Positions 1 through 14,505 of a stretch of DNA of 64,000 nucleotides are shown in pieces. Source of the DNA: the human T2T-CHM13v2.0 reference genome, Homo sapiens. The position numbers were made by a program, and so were the translations under genes. Each line of letters starts with the position of its first letter. The stretch's first letter is position 1. The stretch lies in the NCBI RefSeq assembly GCF_009914755.1, contig NC_060943.1; one strand, written 5' to 3'. The notes beneath the pieces were generated by a model. It did not search any database. It was not told the DNA's origin and saw nothing but the letters and a program-made list of their open reading frames with translations.

Positions 1-65
1 TCATATGTAGCACTTAGAACAGCGCCTTGTGCAGTGAGCATTCCGGTTGTGGTTGTTATTATTAG
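1..65 (+). mobile_element. MIR SINE 3' fragment
   Basis: atgtagcacttagaacagcgccttgtgcagtgagca resembles the MIR 3' end. Confidence 0.5.
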
Positions 66-69
66 CCAG

Positions 70-800
70 CCAAAGCCGTTCAGTTGTGCTTCCAAAGCTG
101 GCTGGAAGAGTCCAGCGACCGTGTTTAATCATTAAGCTGCATTGCCTCTGTGAGCTAGCGCCTCCTCTGCACGGGCCAAGGAGCCCGCCTTTAGATTGTA
201 CGGTTCTGAATGAAGCATCCAGGCGCAAGCTCAGGGCAGGGGACGGTGTGGGCACAAGTCCAGCCCTGGCTCTGTCAGTGAACAGGTGGCCTGTGCCTGA
301 ATCCGAGGTAATAGGCGAGCCGCCTTTGTTACCTTTGAGCTTTCTTTCAAGCCCATTCAGACTCCTCAGACCACGTGTCTGATGAGTAAGGAGGCCTTTT
401 CTTTCCCTCCCCCAAAGGGAATGTTGGCAAAACAGCTTTCTTTGGGAACGCGCCTGTTCACGACGACCAGCCATCTCCTGGGGAACTCCGGTGGCTGGCT
501 GGCGTGTTCCTGCGGCTGTTGAATAAGTCGCTGTTAGGAGCTGGCACGGCAGGTTCCCGTTTCCGCATTCCAGGCACCCACAGCGGGCTGGGGGCGGGCA
601 CCACTGAGGTCGGCCTGGAGAGCCAAGGCAGGTGGCCTCGCCCTGGGAGGACCAGGGACAGGAGGAGTCCACCTGGGGCTCCCCTGACAGCCACCTGCCC
701 ACTTTGTGATCAGAGCCGTGTTCGGGGAGTCTTTCAGGTGAGCGATATTCATTAAATTTGGCAGTGACTTGCAGAGAAAGTTCATCATGTTTCTTCCTCT
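70..800. promoter_or_regulatory. CpG-enriched, GC-rich candidate promoter/first exon (CpG-island shore)
   Basis: Roughly 35 CpGs by eye in repeat-free sequence; TTAATCATTAA (125-135), CACGTG (372-377), GGGGAACTCC (480-489), GC box (590-598), five CAGGTG/CACCTG boxes. Confidence 0.5.
735..743 (+). other. Candidate 5' splice donor CAG|GTGAGC
   Basis: Near-consensus donor at the 3' edge of the CpG-rich block; no transcript evidence available. Confidence 0.35.
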
Positions 801-1059
801 CCGGAGTTAGACAGTTAGCTTTTTTTGTTTTCTCTTTTTTTCCCCCCTCTTCTCCCTGAAATGTTTACCTGTCTGCTCCTAACTGTGAAGAAAGAGTGGG
901 CCGGGTGTTGACGGACTGAGAAAAATGGAGGACATTTCTCCCAAGAGAAGGAATCGGTGACTCTTTTAGTGAGTTGAGCTCCTGCTGGATGCAGACTTCT
1001 GTGCTGGGGCTGGGGGCGATCCCAGCCTGGTGTAGATGAGCTCTGTGGTCTCGCCTGAG

Positions 1060-1175
1060 TCCGCTTTCCTCTCTGGGCCTCAGTTTCCTCTTCTTGTGAA
1101 ATGGGAACTAGCAGCAGTGCCCAATGAGTCATCTATGTAAAGTGCTTCAAGCCTGGGCACTGAGCGGTGCTCAAG
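1060..1175 (+). mobile_element. MIR SINE fragment
   Basis: ctctgggcctcagtttcctc...aaatggg core and atgtaaagtgctt 3' motif. Confidence 0.7.
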
Positions 1176-1239
1176 TCCCCCCTCCCCAACCCCAGGCCCC
1201 CATTTTCCCTGTGTGACCTCATCTGTGACCTCTCAGCTG

Positions 1240-1620
1240 CTTGCTTGCTGTACCCCAGCTGCACTGGCCTCCTGCTGTTCCTCCCTCGGAGACTTTGCCC
1301 TGGCTGTTCCCTCTGCCTGCAACACTTCCCCTAGAATTCCCCAGCGCCGCCTCCCTCCCTCCTTCCCTCAAGTCTCTGTTCAGATGTCACCTTCTCCATG
1401 AGGCCTCTCTCCTTATTAAATTGCACCTTCTCCCTCACCCTCGCCCTTACTCTTTGCTTTATTTTTCTTCATAGCATTTACTTCCACTTGACATATTTTG
1501 TCTATGCTCTGCTTCCCAGCTCTAGGCTCCATAGAAGCACAGGCACTTTTGTGTCCATCCTTGTAGAACCGTTCCTGGCACGTGGTAGATGCGGGCTAAA
1601 TTGTGATATGAATGAATTTA
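1240..1620 (+). mobile_element. L2 LINE 3' end
   Basis: gctgttccctctgcctg, cagatgtcaccttctc and terminal cctggcacgtggtag...tgaatgaat. Confidence 0.75.
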
Positions 1621-2029
1621 TATCAGGTGCAACATGATCCAAGGATGGGTGGCCAGCCCCGTTTGGGGTTTGAGGAGGGTGTCAGCTTTTCCAGGAACCT
1701 GTGGCTGTGGGTGAGGCGGCATGTGCAGATGCCTCCCCCTGGTCACCCAGTGGCTCTCTGGCACCTGCCTGCAGCATCCAGCCCTCTGCCTTCCTGTCCT
1801 GCAACCCCTGCAGTCTGTGCAGCCCAGGCCTGGTAGTGACTCATCTGGGCAGCCTGGGTGCCTGTGGCATGGAACAGGAAAGCTTGGCCTAGTAAGTGGA
1901 GAGGATGTCAGGTTCATTTAGGTGGAGAAGACTGTGTGGAAGATACCACCCATATACACACATCTCATATGTATCTCCAGCCCCTGCTTGCTGTTCCTGC
2001 AGGGGGAGGCCAGGGAGTGCCTGGGAAGT

Positions 2030-2215
2030 AGCAATTAACCAGCCAGGCACAGTTGAGCCATCTCCCCTGCTTTAATGGGTAATAATTCTTGCTCTGGGGC
2101 TGAACAAGTTTTAATTAAATGGTGAGCGCGAAGAATCTGACCGTGTAATAGCTGACACGTCCTCATCTATTTTCTAGCTCCCGGTGTCAGCAATTGATTC
2201 TGTAAAAATATCCTG
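2030..2215. promoter_or_regulatory. Candidate non-coding enhancer (homeodomain/TALE/MAF motif cluster)
   Basis: Repeat-free; multiple TAAT/ATTA incl. TTAATTAA, TGACA/TGTCA, GTCAGCAATT; retained CpGs. Confidence 0.3.
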
Positions 2216-2494
2216 GGCAGGGCTTCCCTGAGCTCCATGAGTGAGGTCAGTGGCCTTCTTGGATTTCTCCCAGCATGAGGCACCAGGGGACTGAGGTGCT
2301 GATGGACTTCGCGCCGCTGTAGCATACATCATCGCATGTCAGGACCTGCTGCTATTTTAAGAATGTGCAGAGCAGGAGGGAAGCTCTTCTGCAACATTTA
2401 ACACATATGTCCCTTGAGCTCCCAGTGCGGGAGTTTGGGGTTGAGTTGAGGACTCTCCTATTACACTTATTTCATGTAATGCCTGAGCCCCAAC

Positions 2495-2620
2495 ACTGTG
2501 GGCACAGTAGTTCTCTGGGCCACAGGTTCCTTATCTGGAAAATGGGGATAATTAATAGATGATTAAACGAGAAGTCAAAGTGAGATCAGGTGACTCAGTG
2601 CTGTGTCTAGTGCATAGATA
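2495..2620 (+). mobile_element. MIR fragment
   Basis: ctctgggccacaggttccttatctggaaaatggggataat core. Confidence 0.5.
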
Positions 2621-2679
2621 GCAAATTAGATTTAAGAAAGACAATTCTTTTTAAGAATTCTTTTCAAGCCCCTTTTTAA

Positions 2680-3005
2680 TATTTTCGGTCTGTCCTTTTT
2701 TGTGCCCACCCCCGACCCTGGTTCCACCCCTGTGTCAGCATCCTCCCGCAATCCTTCACCCATGGTAACAATCAAGGACTGTATGTATCTTTCCACATTT
2801 TTCTCCATGGTTATATAATCCTATAGGAGATAATATTACACTTATTTTCTTGCATTTTGCTCTTCTCACATAGCAGTGCCATGTGGAATGCCTCTGAGTC
2901 CTTGCATAGTGCTGAGATTTGCTCTTTTTAGTGGCTGCGTAACACACAGTGGTGTGGATGCACCATAATTGATTTGGCCAAGACATCACTGATAGGCATT
3001 CCCTT
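2680..3005 (-). mobile_element. Old L1 (L1ME-like) 3' fragment
   Basis: ctctttttagtggctgcgtaa...gtgtggatgcaccataatt matches antisense L1M 3' region. Confidence 0.6.
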
Positions 3006-3429
3006 TTCTCCTAGAGTTTTTTTTTCCCACAAATTATTATTTTTATTGATAACCTTCTTTAATTAGATTGCAGATGTCCAACCTGTTTGGCCACCTTGTT
3101 AAGTTCTAGGCCTTTGAGAATGAATATGAAGTAACAGTAGTGCAATGATGCCTCTCGTCCAGATAGAAGATGTATTTTTGGAGGGTTCTCACCAAGTCCA
3201 GCACTGTGTTGAACCAAAAAGCATTTTTTAAATGCTTTTTTATTATTAGAATAATTAATAGATTCATCACACTTAGCCAGATTAGTTGTGTTTAATGTAC
3301 TTATTATGAAATAAGAGTGAAAGGACAGTTCATGTTTTTTCATATTAACAATCTTGGTTGGAAATCAGAATGTGCAAGAGATTTTTGTTGGGATTTGTGA
3401 TTGATTGTGTGTTTCTTTTTCAGGTGGCA

Positions 3430-4375
3430 CTTTAGTTAGGGACTATGCTTGTGTTCAGGAAACTTGTACAGCATTGTACCCAGATAGAGATTTGTTCTAG
3501 TTGTCTATTGCTGCACCACAAGCCACCCCTAAACTTAAGGCCTTAAAATGACAGCAGTTTCTTATTTCTTGTGAACCTGTGGTTGACTGGGGCTCAGCAG
3601 GATGGTTCTTCTGCTGGTCTTGCTTGGGGTCTGTTATGTGGCTGCAGTCAGAGGGTGGATGGGGTTGGAACATTCAACATGGCTTTACTGAAATGGCACC
3701 TTGGGAATGGCTGGGTCCATGTCTGTCCATAGTCTTGGGACCTCTCCTTTCATGTGGCCTGGCCAGCCTGTAGCTGGACTTATAACACGGCAGCTGAGGG
3801 CTTTTGTGAGCCTTCTTAAGGCATAGATTTAGAACTGGCCCCACATCACTTCTACTTCATTCTGTTAGTTAATGTGAGTTGAAGAGTCAGCCCAGATTCA
3901 GTATGGGAGGGATATCACAAAACAAGTTCCAGGAGGTGTGGTCCACTGTGGGCACCTTTCTATCCTGGCTACCATGGGGTTCATTTTCTCATGTAAGAAG
4001 TGCAGAGCTCAGCAGGCTAAGGTGATGCTCACCTTACCCTCTCTCTGCTGCTCCAGGTCACCATCCTTAGCCTCATATTCATAAAATGGTTGCTCTACCT
4101 CCAGCCTGATATCCTTGTGATGGGCAGGCAGAACCAGGGCTCTAAGGAAAGGAGACAGCACCTGTATCAAGAAGCCAAAGCCTTCCCTGAAATCTTTAGC
4201 AGACGTCTGCTTGTGACTATTTGGCTAGAACTTTGTGACATGGCCACTCCTTGCTGCAAGGACATCTACAGTTTTTCAGTTGGGCCCATTGCCACCCTGA
4301 GCAAAGGGTCAATAAGGAAGAAGACGGAGAGTGGACATGTTGGGCATTCACCTGCCAGCACTCCATCCAGACAGC
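3430..4375 (-). mobile_element. MaLR LTR (MLT1J/K-like), interrupted by a second MLT1
   Basis: ttggctagaactttgtgacatggccactccttgctgcaagg and aaaatggttgctctacctccag motifs. Confidence 0.6.
3493..3975 (-). mobile_element. MaLR LTR (MLT1G/H-like)
   Basis: tgttctagttgtctattgctgc...aaacttaaggccttaaaa start; catcacttctacttcattctgttagt; cagcccagattca. Confidence 0.75.
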
Positions 4376-4559
4376 CACAGAAGTGGTGGGTAAACAGAGA
4401 CAGCATACATTCACTTATCAACTGTTTAGTAAATTCCTGGCATGGGCAGGGCACTGGGCTTCTCCCAAAGACTGTAAGAGTGTGCAGGATTATTTGCAGA
4501 CCTTGACCAGATCATTGCTGAGCTCACCTCTCTCATATCAGTGTTCGAAGTTAGTCTAA

Positions 4560-4827
4560 TGATAAGAATAGTAGCCAGTCTCATTAAGGGCTTACCTTGT
4601 GTAGAGGAACTGTTACGAATACTTTTCATAAGCCAACTCAGTGAATCTTCACAGTGGCCCTATGAAATGGGCATTGTTATCACCCCCTCTTCTCAGAGGC
4701 AGAAACAGAGGCACAGAGAGGTTCAGTAACTTGCCATATTTCCTCTGACAAGGGCATGGTGGAGTTGAGATGCAGTCTCTCCTGGTCTGGCTCTGGAGGC
4801 ATGTACTGAACCATTTGGCTATACTGC
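4560..4827 (-). mobile_element. MIR SINE, near full length
   Basis: gaaacagaggcacagagaggttcagtaacttgcc (antisense core). Confidence 0.8.
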
Positions 4828-5016
4828 TTTGGTTAATTACAGGAAACATTTCTTGTTGAAATGAATATGTAATTGACAGCAGAATAAAACATGAAACAAA
4901 AACCACTTACTACTCCATCCCCTCCACTCCTGCTTCCTGCCTCATTGGTCTCATCTGTCAGTAACCTAGTATATATTCTTCCTCACCTCTTTCTAAATGC
5001 ATTAATTTTTAAAATC

Positions 5017-5220
<204 letters not shown>

Positions 5221-5470
5221 TAAAGATGGCCTTTGGACACACAGAATTGGATTAATCATAATGCGTGGTGCATGATACACTGGCATTTTTGGTCCATGAA
5301 AAAAATATTCATCTATCATAATGAACAGCCGTTAGCCCACTGTTTGCCCAAGAACTTGAATATTACCAGTAACTTACATGTACCTATGTGGTACTTCCCA
5401 TTCACTTTCCTGCCTGCTCTCTCAGAAGTGACCACCATCTTGAATTTTGTGTTTATTATTCTTTGCTTTA

Positions 5471-6197
<727 letters not shown>

Positions 6198-6597
6198 TTA
6201 GACTGGTACCACTGGGACTCATGCATTTTTATTTACTGCCATGTGAGTATTCCACTGGCTGAATATACCATGTTTTTGTTTTAGGCATTTCCATGCCAAT
6301 GGACATTTTGTTTTCAGATTTTTTGCTGTTCACAGGCTGCTGTGAATATTGTTACACTTCCTGGTGCACATGGACAAGCATTTCTTTCAGGTATGTACTG
6401 GACATGAGATTTCTGGATTGTAGGTTGTGATCATCTTTAGCTTTGCCAGATATTACTGAGCTGCTCTTTAAACATCCCACCAAGGATGAGTTTCTTTTAT
6501 TCTGTATCCTTGTCACATTTGGTTTTGTAAAACTTTTTTACTTTTGCCAGCCTAGTGGATAGGAAATGAAATCTCATTGTGGTTAATTTACCCCTGA

Positions 6598-7017
<420 letters not shown>

Positions 7018-7297
7018 TAGGTGTTCTTTATATACTGTGGCTACTAATCCTGGGGTGGCAGCCTATTTAACCTAATAAAAGTTTATGATCCTCGGGTCAT
7101 CCTTTCTGTAGTTGTTTTCTTTCCCCTGCTATTCTCCCCCCAATTCCATGATACCTTTTTGTGTACCTCCAGCTCACAGTGATCCACTCTTTGAAACAGT
7201 CCTCAACTTCTGGGCATTTGTATATGTTAGTACAGATGTATGACTGACTATACCTGTTCTACCCACTGTGCCGTTGCATTTTGGTATCAGATGTATC

Positions 7298-7920
<623 letters not shown>

Positions 7921-8009
7921 GTTCTGAGGTGTTCCCTAGTGGAGCTGAAAGGAGCCATCAGACACCAGGATGGTACCTGTAGATGATGCCCTCCCCACTT
8001 TTGGTTCTT

Positions 8010-8190
8010 TGATTAATTACACAGATATTTATGGAGCACCTGTTTTGTACAGGCACTATTCTGGGAACTGGGAAGAGAGTAATGGAAAAGCAAACGGGGT
8101 CTCCACCCTTGCAGAGCTCGTATTTTAAAAGAGCAGCTAGATAGTAAGCAAGTCAGTTACTTAGTGCGTCAGAGATAAGGGGTGTGAAGA
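8010..8190 (-). mobile_element. L2 fragment
   Basis: atatttatggagcacctgttttgtacaggcactattctggg. Confidence 0.7.
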
Positions 8191-8201
8191 AAAATAAAGG
8201 A

Positions 8202-8387
8202 GGCTGGGCATAGAGGCTCTCAACTGTACTCCCAGCACTTTGGGAGGCTGAGGCAGGAGGATTGCTTGAGCCCAGGAGGTCAAGGCTGCAGTGAGCCGAG
8301 ATTGCACCGCTGCGTTCCAGCCTGGGTGACAGGCTAAAAAAAAACCCTGCCTAAAAACAAACAAACAAAAAAAAAAACAAAAAAAAA
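8202..8387 (+). mobile_element. AluJ-type monomer (left-arm head joined to right-arm tail)
   Basis: cccagcactttggg followed directly by ggaggtcaaggctgcagtgagcc. Confidence 0.85.
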
Positions 8388-8716
8388 GCTTTACCTCTTA
8401 CTAACTCATGACCACTCTGTTTTCTTCTATATCCACCACCACCCACCCTCTACTGTATTATTTTAACGCTAAATAGTTGAGTATCTGCAAGATAAGGATT
8501 CTTTAAAGACATAATGAGAAGACCATTTTAATCATGACAATAATTAACATTAATTGCTTACATCATCTGGTATCCGCACAGTGTTAACATCTCAGATCAT
8601 CTCATAAATATCTTTCTAGAATTGGTTTGTTCCAATCAGGACCCAACAGGGCTCACCATTGGAGTTGGTTCATCTGCGTGTGAAGCCTCATTTAATCTAT
8701 GGCTTCTCCCTCCCTC

Positions 8717-8949
8717 CAGCTCACTGCAACCTCCGTCTCCCGAGTTCAGGCGATTCTCCACCTCAGCCTCCTTAGTAGCTGGGATTATAGGCATGTACCA
8801 CCACGCCCAGCTAATTTTTTTGTATTTTTAGTAGAGACAGGGTTTCACCATGTTGGCCAGGCTGGTCTCAAACCCCTGACCTCAAAGGATCCTCCCACTT
8901 CAGCTTCCTAAAGTGCTGGGATTGCAGGAGTGAGCCACCACACCTGGCT
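8717..8949 (-). mobile_element. AluS lacking 3' end and tail
   Basis: Begins at agctcactgcaacctcc; left arm complete. Confidence 0.9.
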
Positions 8950-9139
8950 TGATTTTTCTTTGTTTTTCTCTTGCAGTTTATATGTTCAGAAAGGCCATGT
9001 CATTTGTCCTGTATATGATCAGGCCTGGATCTGACCGATCATATCCCTGTTGCAGTGTTTAACTTATTCTTCTATCTCTGTGTTTCCTATAAATGAATCA
9101 TTGGATTTGCAGAGTAGGTGAATTTCAGGTTTGAGATGT

Positions 9140-9148
9140 ACACACACA

Positions 9149-9195
<47 letters not shown>
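9140..9195. repeat. (CA)n microsatellite with one TA interruption
   Basis: Directly visible. Confidence 0.98.
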
Positions 9196-9197
<2 letters not shown>

Positions 9198-10157
9198 TTT
9201 CTTTTTTGGCAGGCAGGGCTAGCCGTCCTCCTAGGTGTTGCTGTGTATCCGTTAGGGATGTAAAGCTGGGGGCCCCTTTCTGTATTGGTGTTAGTGGCCG
9301 TGGATGACCATTGCTCAGAGCCATTATTTCATTTGGGGTGTACAAAAATTGTGCTGTTGTAATTCTGTCCACCTCTTCATTTATTAGTGGGACTATTCCT
9401 CTAGAGAGAACCTGCCCCTCATCTATTATTCAGTTATCCTGAGGGTACTGGCTCTTTTGAACTTTTGTTTGCCTTAGAAATGACTATTGAACAATTGGGC
9501 TGGTGGTTTCTAATCTGTTGTGTGTTTTTTTTTTTTTTTTTTCCTGCAGAGATTCAAATCTTCCTTGTTTTTATGTTCATTCATTTGACATTTGCCGGTC
9601 TCCACCACTGCTCATACCCTGTCCTGAGCTTGCCAATAAACAGATGAACCAGTCCAGTCATCTCATTGTGTGGGCACGGCTGCTCCAGGCCTTACCTTTG
9701 ACCGGGTGGGGCCTTGCGGGTGTTTGTCGAAGTAATGAGACTGTGGACATTCCCATCTTTCTCTCTCTTTCCCCTGTCGTGCATTGTCAGACCTTATAGT
9801 CTTTGGTGAGTTCCTGCTCTACGCCAAGGAATTAGTCCTTTATGCTTGGGGCAAGAGGTTTTTGAGTATTTGGATTTCTTCTGATCTGAAACTCCATTCC
9901 TAGACAAAAGAACAATAAAGGGCTCTACTCCATTGCAGAGGCAAGCCCTGGTAACCTGGCCAGGGGCGAGCCCTGACCCCAGCCACTGTTGTCTGGGTCA
10001 TAAATTCTTGAGAGCAGTAGCACGCTTGAAATCATTTAGATGCTTTGGGATCAGTTATTCATTATATTGCACGATATCTAAGGGCCTCTTTGCTGCTAGA
10101 GATTACAACACATTCCTCCTGGGGGCAGAAGATTTATTGTGCAGTGATGTGCAAACT

Positions 10158-10870
10158 CATTCATTCATTCCATTGTTAACTTCTTCATTCAGCAAATATT
10201 TACTGAACATCACATATGCTTCCAGTGCCGGGGACGGAGCCCGATAAGGTCTGTCCTCCTGGAGTTCATTGTTTAGGTTGGGGGACACAGTCAAGGAAGA
10301 AGTAAACAGATTAATAAGATAATTCCAGATGGGGATGAATAATGCTGTGGAGTCAGGAAAGCAGAATGGCGAGAGAGACACGCCTGGAAGTAGAAGGGAT
10401 TGTGGGAGGCTGGAAAACTGGGGTCGTTGGGGGAGAGCCTCCTCGGGGTGGTGACATGCCAGCTGAGAGTGGAGTGGTATGCAAAGGTGCCAGCCTTGTG
10501 AAAGATCAGGGAAGAGCTTTCCCAGCAGAGGGAACAGCAGGTGCAAAGGCGCTGAGGCTGGAATGAGTTTGACGTGTGAAGGAGTGTGGGGTGGGGGTGG
10601 GAAGGAGGGGGAGGGCGGGAGACGGGGGTGGCGGGGGAGCCTGGTGAGGGTGTGGGTTTGATTCAGAGTGTCCTCCCATGCCCTCTGGCTACGGCGTGGA
10701 GCATAGATTGAAGGTGGGAGTGGAAGTAGGGCAGTGAGGGGCAGCCTGTTTTGCAGTGAGGAGAGAAGTAGAGTCCCGGATGAGAGTGGTGGCAATGGGG
10801 ACAAGAAGTGGGTGGCCCAACAGAACTTGTTTAGGGATTGGTCATGCTGGGTGGTGAGTGGGTTGAAAGG
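10158..10870 (-). mobile_element. L2 LINE 3' region
   Basis: cattcattcatt...cagcaaatatttactga; gcagagggaacagcaggtgcaaaggc. Confidence 0.85.
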
Positions 10871-10960
10871 TTTACCAGCGGGTTCAGGCTTTGGTCTGCA
10901 GGATTTTGTGGTAGTAAGGATAGCCCCAGTCCCCTTTAACATGGGCTGAGGTTTTCTTTC

Positions 10961-11094
10961 AATTTTTGTATTTTTAGTAGAGACAGGTTTTCCAGGCTGG
11001 TCTGGAATCCTGGCCTCAAGTGATCCTTCTGCCTCGGCCTCCCAAAGTGCTGGGATTAGATGCGTGAGCCACACCCAGCCTCTTTCTCTCTCTC

Positions 11095-11125
<31 letters not shown>

Positions 11126-11244
11126 TAGAGACAGGGTCTTGCTGCATTGCCCAAGCTGGTATCAAACTCCTGGCACCAGGTGATCCTCCTGCCTTGGCCT
11201 CCCAAAGTTGCTGGGATTCTAGGCGTGAGTCACTCTGCCTGGCC
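10961..11244 (-). mobile_element. Two tandem Alu left monomers separated by (TC)n/T run
   Basis: Monomers 10961-11080 and 11105-11244; shared flanking repeat gctgaggttttct. Confidence 0.85.
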
Positions 11245-11279
11245 AAGAGCTGAGGTTTTCTACTACACACATCTCGTCT

Positions 11280-11420
11280 AGCCCTCATATGGTAGACTCT
11301 TAATGCCCATTTCAACCCCGAAGAAACTGAGGCCCAGAGAAGTGAAGTCCTTAATCCTTGTCACATAGGCTGTTGGGGCTGGATTGGAACGTGGATAGCC
11401 CCACCCACAGTCCGACCACG
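11280..11420 (-). mobile_element. MIR fragment
   Basis: gaagaaactgaggcccagagaagtgaag. Confidence 0.7.
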
Positions 11421-12074
11421 CTCTCTTCTTCTCCCTCACTCCAACTACAGCTGTTAATTCATGGTATTGACACAGCCTGTGTCCAGGAGGAGCCAAATGT
11501 CAGTGTCATACATTTCTGAAGTCAAGAGGGGATCAAATCCACATCAGTGGCCTTTTCACCATTCCCACTAACCTGGATTCCAACACACCTTTTATGACAG
11601 TAATTATTACAGGGCAGAAAACGGGGACTTTCGATTGCTGACCACTTTACACGAGGCCCAGATAAGGTGTGCATCTAGGCCCTGGACTTTGAGCCCTGAG
11701 CCTGCTTAACTGATTGGGCTGAAAGTGTTCTCACCCATCAAATCCTCCTTATCACCTTCTCCAGAACTCCAGCTGTAAAGGGAGCTCACCACTCACAGGG
11801 TGTGTGTTGTATGTGACACCTCAGCCAGCCAAATGGCTTTACTTGGTGTCCTCTCAGAAGAGGTGTGACCTCCTTCTCTTAGCGTGGTCTCCTGTGGAAA
11901 GTCATGTTGAGTTTGGTGCTGCCTCTGCTTGCGTTTAGGCCTCTTGACAAGGATTGTATGTTGATCAATTTTTTAAAAGTGTTTTTAAAAAATCTTTACT
12001 GCTTTAAAATGTACAGAAGCCACACGCTGGCTGTAACCCGTTCCAACAGCAGAGCAGTATGTAGAGAAAGCATG

Positions 12075-12678
<604 letters not shown>

Positions 12679-12680
12679 TA

Positions 12681-13292
12681 CAGGTGATCCTTGATGGGGT
12701 TATGTTCTGATGCACCTGTTATACGCTGAAATTACCCTTAAGTCAAAAGTGCATTCACACCTGTCATCCCAGCACTTTGGGAGGCTGAGGCGGGCAGATC
12801 ACTTGAGGTCAGGAGTTCGAGACCAGCCTGGCCAACATGGTGAAACCCCATCTCTACTAAAAGTACTAAATTAGCCGGGCGTGGTGGCAGGTCCCTCTAA
12901 TCCCAGCTACTCGGGAGGCTGAGCCAGGAGAATCACTTGAGCCCTGGAGGCGGAGGTTGGAGTAAGCCGAGGTTGTTGCCACTGCACTCCAGCCTGGGTG
13001 ATAGAGCGAGACTCCATCTCATAAATAAATAAATAAATAAATGCATTCAATACACCTCACCTTTCAAACATCATAGCTTAGCCTAGCCTTCCTTAAATGT
13101 GCTCAGAACACCTGCATTAGCTTATAGTTGGGGAAAAATAATCTAACATAAAGCCTATTTTATAGTAAAGTGCTGAGTATCTCATGTACTGCTTATTGCT
13201 GGCCTGGAAAAAGTTCAAAATGCAAAGTACATTGAAATTGCAGCCATTTGTGCCATGGTAAAGTCAAAAAATTGCAAGTCAGAGACTGTCTG
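12681..13292 (+). mobile_element. MER47 (TcMar-Tigger) DNA transposon, split by an Alu
   Basis: aacatcatagcttagcctagcc...gtgctcagaacac motif; CAG...CTG termini flanked by TA on both sides. Confidence 0.85.
12755..13041 (+). mobile_element. AluS, slightly 5'-truncated, (TAAA)n tail
   Basis: TSD tgcattca. Confidence 0.95.
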
Positions 13293-13310
13293 TACTCATG
13301 TCTTAGGTTG

Positions 13311-13606
<296 letters not shown>

Positions 13607-13704
13607 AGCTATTTTTTTTTATTATACATCTATGTGAGTACCGCGGTTTGTTTTATAGACATACTCTAGGTATGCCGTCCTGCAGATTACACTTGAGTAG
13701 TCTA

Positions 13705-14323
<619 letters not shown>

Positions 14324-14365
14324 TCACCAACGCTGGGCTCACACTGCTTCTTTCCCTCCCCACAC

Positions 14366-14505
14366 TTTTTTTTGTGTGTGTGTGTGGAGATGGGGTCTTG
14401 CTCTGTTGCCCAGGCTGGTCTTGAACTCCTGGCCTCAAGCGATCCTCCCCCATCGGCCTCCCAAAGTGTTCGGATTACAGGCATCAGCCACCATCCATGG
14501 CCCAG
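14366..14505 (-). mobile_element. FLAM/Alu left monomer
   Basis: Left-arm-only sequence with tail. Confidence 0.85.

Larger units (their letters stand above)
8420..9460 (-). mobile_element. L1MC-like 3' region
   Basis: ttggtttgttccaatcaggacccaa, gatgaccattgctcagagccattatttcatt motifs. Confidence 0.55.

Noticed and set aside
153-174. CTCF-like AGGAGGCGCTA on the - strand
   Set aside because: The 5' half of the motif does not match.
1-702. 233-aa ORF on the - strand
   Set aside because: No recognisable domain. It runs through GC-rich promoter-like DNA where stops are rare and ends in a MIR fragment.
10157-11074. Longest ORF (305 aa)
   Set aside because: Built from an Alu head, L2 sequence and the complement of a G-rich tract; low complexity, non-ATG start.
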